The notes under the pieces are model-generated. The model was given only the letters and a program-made list of their open reading frames with translations, ran no database searches and was not told the origin of the DNA. From Terrimicrobiaceae bacterium (lineage in GTDB: Bacteria; Verrucomicrobiota; Verrucomicrobiia; Chthoniobacterales; Terrimicrobiaceae), in NCBI GenBank assembly GCA_041752695.1, contig JBGSVZ010000070.1:1-64000 (forward strand): DNA of 64,000 bases, in the 5' to 3' direction. Positions 9,366-17,283 of this stretch are shown piece after piece (position 1 is the first letter of the stretch; each line of letters begins with the position of its first letter). Made by a program: the position numbers and the translations under genes.

Positions 9366-10241
9366 ATGGATCGTTTCTTATCTCCCATGTGTGATTCCCG
9401 ACTCAGCCTCCTGCGCAAAAATGGAGGTTTTTTTTCCCTGGAAGGACGGGGCGTAGTCCGCATTGGAGGACCGGACCGCGAGCGTTACCTCAATGGGCAG
9501 ACCAGCAACGATATTCGTCGGCTCACCTCGGATCGTGCCCTTCCATCCCTTGTTCTCTCTGCCAAGGGAAAACTGACTGCGGTCGTGCTTCTCTGGATCG
9601 AGGGCGGGGAACTTGTCGCTGAGGCTTCTGGCGGGGACCCCGAGACCTTGCTAACCCGGCTCGAACGCTACGCCATTGCCGACGACGTGACCTTTGACCT
9701 CGCGTCTCCCGGAGGGTGGCATGTCTTCGGTGCCGCCTCGGAGGGAATGACCGGCCGTTTCGTCAACCGTCTCGGGGTGCTCGGGCGGGACGTGGATGAA
9801 CTGCCCACGGGGTTGCTGGAAGCCACCGGCGAAGAACGCGAGATCCTCCGTCTCGAGCGCGGGGTGCCCGTCTGGGGACGGGAACTCGACGAAAACACCC
9901 TGCCCCAGGAAGCGGGTTTGGAGGCCACATGCGTGGATTTTCACAAGGGCTGCTATGTCGGGCAGGAAGTCGTGTCCCGCCTCCGGAGCGTGGGACGGGT
10001 CAACCGCACGCTGGTCGGTGTGATTGGGGATTTCGATCCCCAGAAGGCCGTGGCCTTGCAGACCCCCGCCGGAGACCCTGCCGGAACCCTCACCAGCACC
10101 CTTTTTCATCCGGAACTCGGGCGGTCCATTGCTTTAGGTTACCGGCTCACCCGCATCGCGGCCTCTGGCTTTATCGTGATCGATGAAAGTGGAGCTTGCC
10201 TTGGAGGGGCGGAATGTTCTGAATTCCCGCTCGTTTCCTGA
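9366..10241 (+). CDS. ygfZ: Folate-binding Fe-S/tRNA-modification protein YgfZ (GcvT family)
   Basis: Signature KGCYVGQEVVSR and GPDRERYLNGQTSND. The start could be 9387. Confidence 0.92.
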   Translation: MDRFLSPMCDSRLSLLRKNGGFFSLEGRGVVRIGGPDRERYLNGQTSNDIRRLTSDRALPSLVLSAKGKLTAVVLLWIEGGELVAEASGGDPETLLTRLERYAIADDVTFDLASPGGWHVFGAASEGMTGRFVNRLGVLGRDVDELPTGLLEATGEEREILRLERGVPVWGRELDENTLPQEAGLEATCVDFHKGCYVGQEVVSRLRSVGRVNRTLVGVIGDFDPQKAVALQTPAGDPAGTLTSTLFHPELGRSIALGYRLTRIAASGFIVIDESGACLGGAECSEFPLVS

Positions 10242-10847
10242 ATGAATATTTGTCGCGCCGTTTTCGCCCTTGTTTTCGCCTCCCTGGCCAGTGCCTTTGC
10301 GGCGGCCGTCGGACCGGAAGTCGCCGTCCTTGAAATTCAATTCGGCAAGGACAAGCAAACCCAGCAGGTCGTCCTCGGCCTTTACGACGGAGCGGCGCCC
10401 CTCACCGTGGCGAACTTCAAAGAGCTCGTGGGAAAGAAGTTTTACCATGGGATGCGTTTCCACCGGGTGTTTCCAGGCACGCTCGTCCAGACCGGCGACC
10501 CCAAGAGCCGTCGGGGCGATTCCGATCGGTCCGGCACGGGGGGACCCGGCTACACGCTGCCTGCCGAACTGGGCGGCAAGCATGTCCGTGGCACCGTCGC
10601 CATGTCCCGCCTCGGAGACACGGTCAACCCCACTCGTGCCTCCAATGGCAGCCAGTTTTACGTCAGTCTCACCCCCATGCCGAAGCTGGACGGCAAGTAT
10701 ACTGTTTTTGGAGAAGTGCTGGAGGGGCTGGATGTTTTGGAAGGCATCAGCAACCAACAAACAGATAGTAACGATTTTCCATTGGCAAAAATCGTAATTA
10801 AATCTATCACCATTCAACCGCGTTTCGCCGGACAGGCGAGGCAGTAG
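10242..10847 (+). CDS. Cyclophilin-type peptidyl-prolyl cis-trans isomerase, exported
   Basis: APLTVANF, FYHGMRFHRV, QTGDP, GTVAMSR, NGSQFY, LDGKYTVFGEV; N-terminal signal peptide. Confidence 0.95.
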   Translation: MNICRAVFALVFASLASAFAAAVGPEVAVLEIQFGKDKQTQQVVLGLYDGAAPLTVANFKELVGKKFYHGMRFHRVFPGTLVQTGDPKSRRGDSDRSGTGGPGYTLPAELGGKHVRGTVAMSRLGDTVNPTRASNGSQFYVSLTPMPKLDGKYTVFGEVLEGLDVLEGISNQQTDSNDFPLAKIVIKSITIQPRFAGQARQ

Positions 10848-10874
10848 CTTCAGCGCGGTCGCCGCGTGGCGAAC

Positions 10875-10960
10875 GGGTAGGTACCGAAGTGGCCAAACGG
10901 GGTGGACTGTAAATCCACTGGCTTACGCCTTCACAGGTTCGAATCCTGTCCTGCCCACCA
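10875..10960 (+). tRNA. tRNA-Tyr (GTA)
   Basis: Acceptor stem GGGTAGG/CCTGCCC, anticodon arm GTGGA-CTGTAAA-TCCAC, long variable arm, T arm ACAGG-TTCGAAT-CCTGT, encoded ACCA end. Confidence 0.98.
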
Positions 10961-11149
10961 CCACCCACCGAAGCGGAGGGGTGAGGAATGAAAGCGAGAG
11001 TGATAGGGAAAAGTCGACAGGATGAGATCCGGGTTCGACTGCCAGTCCCGCTACGCGGGATTTTCCAAAATTGCGCAGCTCAAATTGCAGATCCCCGCGG
11101 CGGGGATAATCCTGTCCTGCCCGCCACCGCCACCGAAGCGGAGGGGTGA
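10942..11149 (+). repeat. Imperfect direct repeat of the tRNA-Tyr 3' end plus trailer (tRNA-linked repeat)
   Basis: AATCCTGTCCTGCCCACCACCACCCACCGAAGCGGAGGGGTGA (10942-10984) versus AATCCTGTCCTGCCCGCCACCGCCACCGAAGCGGAGGGGTGA (11108-11149). Confidence 0.9.
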
Positions 11150-11157
11150 TTTGAATG

Positions 11158-12600
11158 CTAGCTCCCTGGCGAAACTACCAGGTCCTCCACGACACCCGGG
11201 CCATTTGTGGCCTTCGATCCTTTCTGCGGAACCGCCCCTTCTCCTAATCGGAACGCAACCGCAGCCACGCAAAATCCGCCCAGGACAAGAAGAAGATAGA
11301 TGGCCCGAAATGTCGGAAGTATCAGTCCCGTGTGGGAAATCATGGCGACGGTGACGGACACCCCGATCGCCGCGCCGATTTGTCGCAAGGCGGAATTGAC
11401 GGCACTCCCAATGCCCAGGAGCTCCGAGCTCATGCCGGTAAGTGCCCGCGAAGTCAGACTGGGCAACACCAATCCGATGGCCAGACCGGAGAGGATCTGT
11501 CCAGGCAGCCAAATTGCCAGATACCGAGGCTCATCCGACACGCGCAGGAAATACCAGAAATTCGCGGACGCGAAAATCAGTCCTCCGGCCATCACCAACC
11601 GACGCTGACCGAGACGCGTGGCAAGACGCCCCGACCATACCGCGGAGGGAATCACCATCAACGGCCCGGGCAAAGCAGCCAGTCCGGCCTGCCTCTGGGG
11701 AAAATCCCAAACCTCCGTCATAAAAAAGAAAAAGGAGAGAAACATCATCCCGAAGCAGACTCCGAAAATAAGAGTGGCAAGATTTGCCAGCGCCACATCG
11801 CGGTTCTGGAAAATCGAAAAATCCCTCGCGCTGACAGGATGTTTCCGCACCCAGACCACAAAAGCGACCAGCAATCCTAGTCCAACCAGCAGCGTTATCA
11901 TGGTCGTTCCCGCCCCAACGTCTGCCGAACGGACGATCGCCACGCAGACGAACCCCACGCCAGCCACCGTCAGTACGCTGCCCGTGGCATCGGGCATCAC
12001 TCCCAGCCGGTCTGCGGGGGAATCGGGCAGGTGAACACAGGCAAACCACCAGGCGGCCAGCCCAAGCGGAACATTCATCCAGAAGATCATTGACCAGGAG
12101 GTCAGGTCAACCAGCCACGATCCCAACGCCGGACCTGAAGCCGCGGCCAGAGCGCCCGATGCGCTCCAGAGTCCCACGACAAAAGGGCGTTGGCTTTTTC
12201 GGCAACCTTCCAGCGCCACTGCCAGCGCCGCCGGCGTGAGCACAGCGGCCCCCGCCGCCTGCATCACACGCATCGCGATGAGAAAATTGGCCTCGGCGGC
12301 CATCCCGCAAAGTGCCGACGCCACTGTGAAAACAGCCAGCCCAACCAGAAAAGCCCGGGTGTGCCCCACCCGGTCAGCCCACCGACCTGCGGGCACCAAC
12401 AAAGCGGCATAGACGATAGTGTACGCGTTGAGAATCCAGGACAACAGCCAGTCCGGGGAAGCCTCGAAGGACCGACGAAGTGCGGGAAACACCGCTACGA
12501 CAACAGTCGCATCCAGGGAGACCATAAAGACCGCCAGGGAAGTGACTCCAAAAACCCTCCAGCCCGCTCCCTGGCTCTCCGCCAGCCGTTCCCGGTTCAC
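11158..12600 (-). CDS. MFS drug:H+ antiporter, DHA2 (EmrB/QacA-like)
   Basis: FMVSLDATVVVAVFP, WILNAYT, GRWADRVG, IFWMNVPLG, many TM segments. GTG start at 12600 overlaps the DinB stop. Confidence 0.9.
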   Translation of the reverse strand: MNRERLAESQGAGWRVFGVTSLAVFMVSLDATVVVAVFPALRRSFEASPDWLLSWILNAYTIVYAALLVPAGRWADRVGHTRAFLVGLAVFTVASALCGMAAEANFLIAMRVMQAAGAAVLTPAALAVALEGCRKSQRPFVVGLWSASGALAAASGPALGSWLVDLTSWSMIFWMNVPLGLAAWWFACVHLPDSPADRLGVMPDATGSVLTVAGVGFVCVAIVRSADVGAGTTMITLLVGLGLLVAFVVWVRKHPVSARDFSIFQNRDVALANLATLIFGVCFGMMFLSFFFFMTEVWDFPQRQAGLAALPGPLMVIPSAVWSGRLATRLGQRRLVMAGGLIFASANFWYFLRVSDEPRYLAIWLPGQILSGLAIGLVLPSLTSRALTGMSSELLGIGSAVNSALRQIGAAIGVSVTVAMISHTGLILPTFRAIYLLLVLGGFCVAAVAFRLGEGAVPQKGSKATNGPGVVEDLVVSPGS

Positions 12601-13211
12601 GCCGCAGACGGCTTCCCGTCTTCCGCCAACCCGTGCAGGATCGCCCTGATCTGGCCGCGGTGAAGACGCATGTGAAACCCCGCAAGGAAATGCCAGGCCG
12701 CCGCATCCAGAGGCCCGAACCACGGATGAGCATGACGGCCTGTGGCCCGCAAATCCGTGATGCCACTTACCGTGCGGGCAAGGTCTCCGCAGGCATCCTC
12801 CAGCGAAGCCAGCACGGTCGCATCGGCGCCCGGATCCGGCTTCACCGCAGCCGTGCTGGCCACCCGCCCCGGAATCTCCCCTCGCCCCAGAAGCGCAATC
12901 GTCTCGGCCAGGAAACCGTTCACTATCCTCAGATGATCCAGCGTCATGAAAACCGACCAGTAGCGGCTGCTATCCTCCATCCCCGGGATCCGTCTGATCA
13001 GAACACGCCTCGAACCATCTATTTTGTCACAGGATGTGGCCAGGCGGCGGATTTCGGCCATCTCCGCCTTAAGCAAAGCGGAGGCTGACTCACGGCTGCT
13101 GCGCCGGAACTGCCACGCAAAGATCAGACGCGCCACCTGCAATTCCACCCAGGGAAGGCCTGCCCCAGGGGCCGCCAATTTCATCACCGTCTCAGTTTTA
13201 ACATCACTCAT
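12597..13211 (-). CDS. DinB-superfamily protein
   Basis: WSVFMTLDHL ... HPWFGPL ... FHMRLHRGQI; His-triad pattern. Confidence 0.85.
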   Translation of the reverse strand: MSDVKTETVMKLAAPGAGLPWVELQVARLIFAWQFRRSSRESASALLKAEMAEIRRLATSCDKIDGSRRVLIRRIPGMEDSSRYWSVFMTLDHLRIVNGFLAETIALLGRGEIPGRVASTAAVKPDPGADATVLASLEDACGDLARTVSGITDLRATGRHAHPWFGPLDAAAWHFLAGFHMRLHRGQIRAILHGLAEDGKPSAA

Positions 13212-13250
13212 ACTTGCAAATCACAAGCTTTTTACTTGTTGATTGCAAGT
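13212..13250. promoter_or_regulatory. Two inverted-repeat operator candidates (CTTG-N7-CAAG) between dinB and the HxlR regulator
   Basis: ACTTGCAAATCACAAGC (13212-13228) and ACTTGTTGATTGCAAGT (13234-13250). Confidence 0.65.
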
Positions 13251-13273
13251 CTTTATTCTGGAAGATTTCTGAC

Positions 13274-13639
13274 ATGCCCGCCAAGCCCCACAGTGCCTCA
13301 GTCTCCGCCGGACGACGGCGTTCACCCTGTCCTGTTGCCTGCAGTTTGGATATCTTCGGAGATCGCTGGACGCTTCTGGTCGTGCGCGACCTGGTGCTCG
13401 GTCGCACGCGTTATAAGGAATTCGCGTCGGCCCCCGAGGGCATTCCGACCAACATTCTGGCCGATCGCCTGGACCGACTGGTGGGCCACCGCATCATTCG
13501 CAAAACTCCGATTGCTCCGGGGTCGAAACAATTCGGTTACGAACTCACCAAGAAAGGCGAAGCCCTCAAACCCATTCTCCGCACGATCCGCGACTGGGGC
13601 CTGAAATGGGAGCAAGGAACCAAAGTCGGCCTCTCTTAA
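13274..13639 (+). CDS. HxlR-family winged-helix transcriptional regulator
   Basis: RRSPCPVACSLDIFGDRWTLLVVRDL, EGIPTNILADRL, YELTKKG, DWG. Start ATG 13274. Confidence 0.93.
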   Translation: MPAKPHSASVSAGRRRSPCPVACSLDIFGDRWTLLVVRDLVLGRTRYKEFASAPEGIPTNILADRLDRLVGHRIIRKTPIAPGSKQFGYELTKKGEALKPILRTIRDWGLKWEQGTKVGLS

Positions 13640-13669
13640 GTACCTCCTCAGAGACCCCAAGGGACACCT

Positions 13670-14641
13670 TCATCCCGGCCGATCGATCCAAACGCCCGGC
13701 ACCAACACGCGCACCGGATCGGCCTGCAAACCGAGACGGTTTTCGCGCAGCAATCCATCAAGGATCCGCATCGCTTCCATCCCCACCCTGGCAAAATCCG
13801 CCCGCACCCCTGGGCCAGATTCGCCGGACGTCAGCAACAGACTCGCTCTGGGCACGGACGAAGGCAGCCATTCCCGCAGCCGCGGAAAATCCCCCAGCAC
13901 CACGTCCGGCTGAATCTTCTTCCTCCAGCCCTCGAAACGGCGTCGCGCTTCCTTCCAGCCATGGGACGCATCGACCAGATGAAAATCCCGGACCGGGCCC
14001 CTTCCAAACGCCTGGAACGCCGCGGCATAGCGGCGCTCCGTTCGCTCGTGCGTACTTGAATCCAGCACCAGTCCGATCCGGGAAAATCCCGCGCTCTGCA
14101 GTTTTCCCAAGGCCAGTCTGGCATCGTGATAATAGTCCCGCGCGACACGCGGAATTCCCGCATTGACCAGCGAACTCCCCAGCAAAACCGGAGCAAACTT
14201 TTTCCATTCCAATTCATAAACCGGATTCGGGCGGCTGGAATTCGGCGCAAGCAAAACCCCCCGAATTCCCCGCGCCCACAGGATCCGGGTCATATCCCGC
14301 TCCGTCAGGGCCTGCATCCACGGCTTAAACGATTCCATCCGATACCCCAGCCTCTCCGCTGCTTCGCGAGCCCCCCGTTCCTCCGCATCCGACGCGCCCT
14401 GCTCATGGGTCCAGACAAAAGCAATCGTCTCCCGGTAGGGCTGCGGCCCCCGCCGTCCCAAACCACTCATCACCTCCGCCACCAAGGAATTGCTTTGGTA
14501 ACCCCGCCGCTTCGCCAGCTGACGAATACGCGTGGCCAGCCCCACCCGCACGGATGTGTGCCCGCGCAGGGCGCGCGAAACCGTGATGGGTGCCACCCCC
14601 AATTCCGCAGCAAGGGACCGGACGGTGACAGGAGACGCCAT
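13670..14641 (-). CDS. LacI-family transcriptional regulator
   Basis: N-terminal HTH VTVRSLAAELGVAPITVSRALRG, followed by a periplasmic-binding-protein-like domain (ILWARGIRGVLL). Confidence 0.9.
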   Translation of the reverse strand: MASPVTVRSLAAELGVAPITVSRALRGHTSVRVGLATRIRQLAKRRGYQSNSLVAEVMSGLGRRGPQPYRETIAFVWTHEQGASDAEERGAREAAERLGYRMESFKPWMQALTERDMTRILWARGIRGVLLAPNSSRPNPVYELEWKKFAPVLLGSSLVNAGIPRVARDYYHDARLALGKLQSAGFSRIGLVLDSSTHERTERRYAAAFQAFGRGPVRDFHLVDASHGWKEARRRFEGWRKKIQPDVVLGDFPRLREWLPSSVPRASLLLTSGESGPGVRADFARVGMEAMRILDGLLRENRLGLQADPVRVLVPGVWIDRPG

Positions 14642-14643
14642 GA

Positions 14644-14658
14644 ATGACACAGTGTCAT
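14644..14658. promoter_or_regulatory. Palindrome ATGACAC-A-GTGTCAT, candidate operator of the adjacent LacI regulator
   Basis: Perfect 7-bp inverted repeat in the 66-bp divergent intergenic region. Confidence 0.55.
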
Positions 14659-14707
14659 GCCGTCAGCCTTGGCCGCAAGGACAACTTGCGGTTTTGTCCA
14701 TGACGTA

Positions 14708-17116
14708 ATGAAAACCCTCTCCCAAACCTATGATGTTGTTGTCTGCGGTGGAGGCGTCGCCGGCTTCTGCGCGGCCGTGGCAGCCGCCCGCCATGGCGCG
14801 ACCACGGCGCTGATTCACGACAGGCCGGTCCTTGGCGGCAATGCCTCTTCCGAAGTGCGTGTCACCGTGCATGGGGCGGCGGCGTTTCACAATTACGCCC
14901 GGGAGACCGGCATCCTTTCCGAACTTCTCACAGAGGAACGGGCCCGCAATCACGAAGAGATTAACGAAAATGGCTGGACCAATTCCGTGTTCGATCAGGT
15001 TCTTTACGACCTCGCCCGGCAAACCCCCGGCCTCACCGTTCACTTAAATACCTCCATCCAGGATGTTCTTCTGGGCGAAGACGAACTGAGCGGGCTTTCG
15101 GAAATTCCCCATCGGCCAATCCCGCAGACGACCAATGGCTGGTATCATCGTCCCGCCTGCCCGCCACGCCGTCACATTTCCGGAGTGGTCGCCCGGGTGG
15201 CCAACGCCGAAACCGAAATCACCGTGCGCGGCCGCATTTTTGTCGATGCCACGGGGGACGGTCTGGTCGCGGACCTCGCAGGTTGTGGCTGGCGAATGGG
15301 CACCGAGAGCCACGAACAAACGGGGGAAGTTCATGCCCCTCCTGGCGCCTCGACGGATACGATGGGCAACAGCATTCACATCCGGGCAAGGGATATTGGC
15401 CGTCCTGCGCCGTTCACTCCGCCCGCTTGGGCAAAGTCGATTCCTGATGCGGATTTTTTCCACAAAAAGGGCCGCCATCTCACCGACCTCCGCGGAGGCT
15501 ACTGGTGGATTGAGATCGGCATGCCGTGGCACACCATCCACGACAACGAAACCATCCGACACGAACTCACCGCCTGGGCCCTCGCCATCTGGGACTGGAT
15601 CAAAAACCATGACACCACCACCCGGGATCGCGCCACCAACTACGCGCTGGAATGGATCGGACAGGTTCCGGGCAAAAGGGAAAGCCGCCGCATCGACGGA
15701 CTTTATCAACTCAACGAACATGACATTCAGGCGACCCTCTCACACCCCGACGAGATCGCCTTTGGCGGATGGTTTGTTGACCTCCATACTCCGGGAGGAC
15801 TCCTTGCCGAAAACAGCGAACCGGCCTCCGCCGAAGGGTACCAGCCGGACAGCGACTACGCTGCCAAGTCCTATGTGGGACCCTATGGCATTCCCCTTCG
15901 CGCCCACATCGCCAAGGACGTGGACAACCTTTTTCTGGCCGGACGTTGCCTCTCCGCGACACACGCCGCGCTTGGCACGGCCAGGGTGATGGCCACCACG
16001 GCCAGTGTGGGCCAGGCCCTTGGAACGGCCGCCGCTCTGGCGCGGGAGAAAGACATTCCCCTCGCCCGCCTGCCGGAGATCGAGGCCATCGACCTCCTCC
16101 AGCAAAGCCTTCTCCGCCAGGGGGCGTTTTTACCGAACGTTTCCCACTCCGATCCGAATGACCTTGCCCGGACCGCGACCGCCGGAGCCTCTTCCTCAGC
16201 CCGAAGCACCGGCGCAGGTCCCCAAAGTCTTTGGGTTTCCGGGGGATTGGGTCGCGCGCCGCACGGCCGGGGATACCCCCTTGCCAGAGAGGCCGCCCAG
16301 TGGATCGCCGTGGCTGGAGGAATTCTCGATACGGTGAGCGCCTGCTTCGACAATGCCGGCGACACCCCCCGGCGCGTTCGCGCGCGACTGGTGCGCGTCG
16401 CACACATCTGGGACTACCGCCGAGAACTTCCCGCCCTTGCCGAAACGACTTTGACCGTGCCTCCGGGCCAGGATCAATGGGTCGAATGGACCGTGGCCCT
16501 CGCCGGCCTGGAACCTGGCTACCTGCGCCTTGACCTCGTCGCCGATCACCCGGATGTCCACTGGCGTTTTGCCCCCGCGATCCTGCCCGGCCAGACCGCC
16601 GCGTTCGCGATGAGCGCGAAGAAGCTCCGCCGGATGGAATCCGGGGTTACGCTCGCCTTTGGTGTCTCGCCCGCACAGCCTGTTTACGGCCCCGAGCAGG
16701 CGTTGACCGGCGTCAGTCGGCCCCACCGCTTTCCCAATCTTTGGCGATCCGATCCGGGGCAGGCGCTGCCCCAATTTTATGAGTTGTCCTGGCCGTCCCG
16801 CCGTCGGATCGAATCCCTCGAGCTTACCTTCCCCGGCCATCTCCTCCGGGAAATCCACGCCTACCCTCCATTCTTCCGCGACCCCCAGACCCCGCGGAAT
16901 TATTCCATCGAAGGCTGGGTTGGTGGTCAATGGATCCCCTGGCACTCCGAAACGGGCAACTACCAACGGCATCGACGGCACACCTTTTCCAAACCATTGG
17001 AGACGGAGCGAATCCGTGTCGTTTTTCATGCCACCAACGGCGACCCCAGCGCCGCGCTTTACGAAATCCGCGCCTACGGCCCCCACCCAAACAGCGAAGA
17101 TGTGGAAGCCCGATAG
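14708..17116 (+). CDS. FAD-dependent oxidoreductase (FAD_oxidored/PF12831-like) with C-terminal beta-sandwich/discoidin-like domains
   Basis: DVVVCGGGVAG, DRPVLGGNASSE, DATGDG, GKRESRR, NLFLAGRCLSATH..GTARVM. The C-terminus ERIRVVFHATNG..ALYEIRAY resembles an F5/8-type C domain. Confidence 0.88.
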   Translation: MKTLSQTYDVVVCGGGVAGFCAAVAAARHGATTALIHDRPVLGGNASSEVRVTVHGAAAFHNYARETGILSELLTEERARNHEEINENGWTNSVFDQVLYDLARQTPGLTVHLNTSIQDVLLGEDELSGLSEIPHRPIPQTTNGWYHRPACPPRRHISGVVARVANAETEITVRGRIFVDATGDGLVADLAGCGWRMGTESHEQTGEVHAPPGASTDTMGNSIHIRARDIGRPAPFTPPAWAKSIPDADFFHKKGRHLTDLRGGYWWIEIGMPWHTIHDNETIRHELTAWALAIWDWIKNHDTTTRDRATNYALEWIGQVPGKRESRRIDGLYQLNEHDIQATLSHPDEIAFGGWFVDLHTPGGLLAENSEPASAEGYQPDSDYAAKSYVGPYGIPLRAHIAKDVDNLFLAGRCLSATHAALGTARVMATTASVGQALGTAAALAREKDIPLARLPEIEAIDLLQQSLLRQGAFLPNVSHSDPNDLARTATAGASSSARSTGAGPQSLWVSGGLGRAPHGRGYPLAREAAQWIAVAGGILDTVSACFDNAGDTPRRVRARLVRVAHIWDYRRELPALAETTLTVPPGQDQWVEWTVALAGLEPGYLRLDLVADHPDVHWRFAPAILPGQTAAFAMSAKKLRRMESGVTLAFGVSPAQPVYGPEQALTGVSRPHRFPNLWRSDPGQALPQFYELSWPSRRRIESLELTFPGHLLREIHAYPPFFRDPQTPRNYSIEGWVGGQWIPWHSETGNYQRHRRHTFSKPLETERIRVVFHATNGDPSAALYEIRAYGPHPNSEDVEAR

Positions 17117-17283
17117 ACGTCACGACCTCGCGTAAACGTTAGGCACGAAGATCCTATCGTCAGAGTCGATCAGGATTTCCCTTAGCCAATCGTAAAGATC
17201 GTCGGGGTGAATCCGGAAGGGCAGTAGGAAGCCGCCCTGCACGGAGGCCCCGCAGTGTATCTGCGAACACTCAGCCCACACCT

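Noticed and set aside
11016..11126. Second tRNA gene
   Set aside because: It has T-loop-like and 3' acceptor sequences but no 5' acceptor strand, D arm or anticodon arm.
10942..11149. Integrated element (attL/attR) or CRISPR array at tRNA-Tyr
   Set aside because: Only two repeat copies, 166 bp apart; no integrase, cas genes or further spacers seen. Kept as a tRNA-linked repeat.
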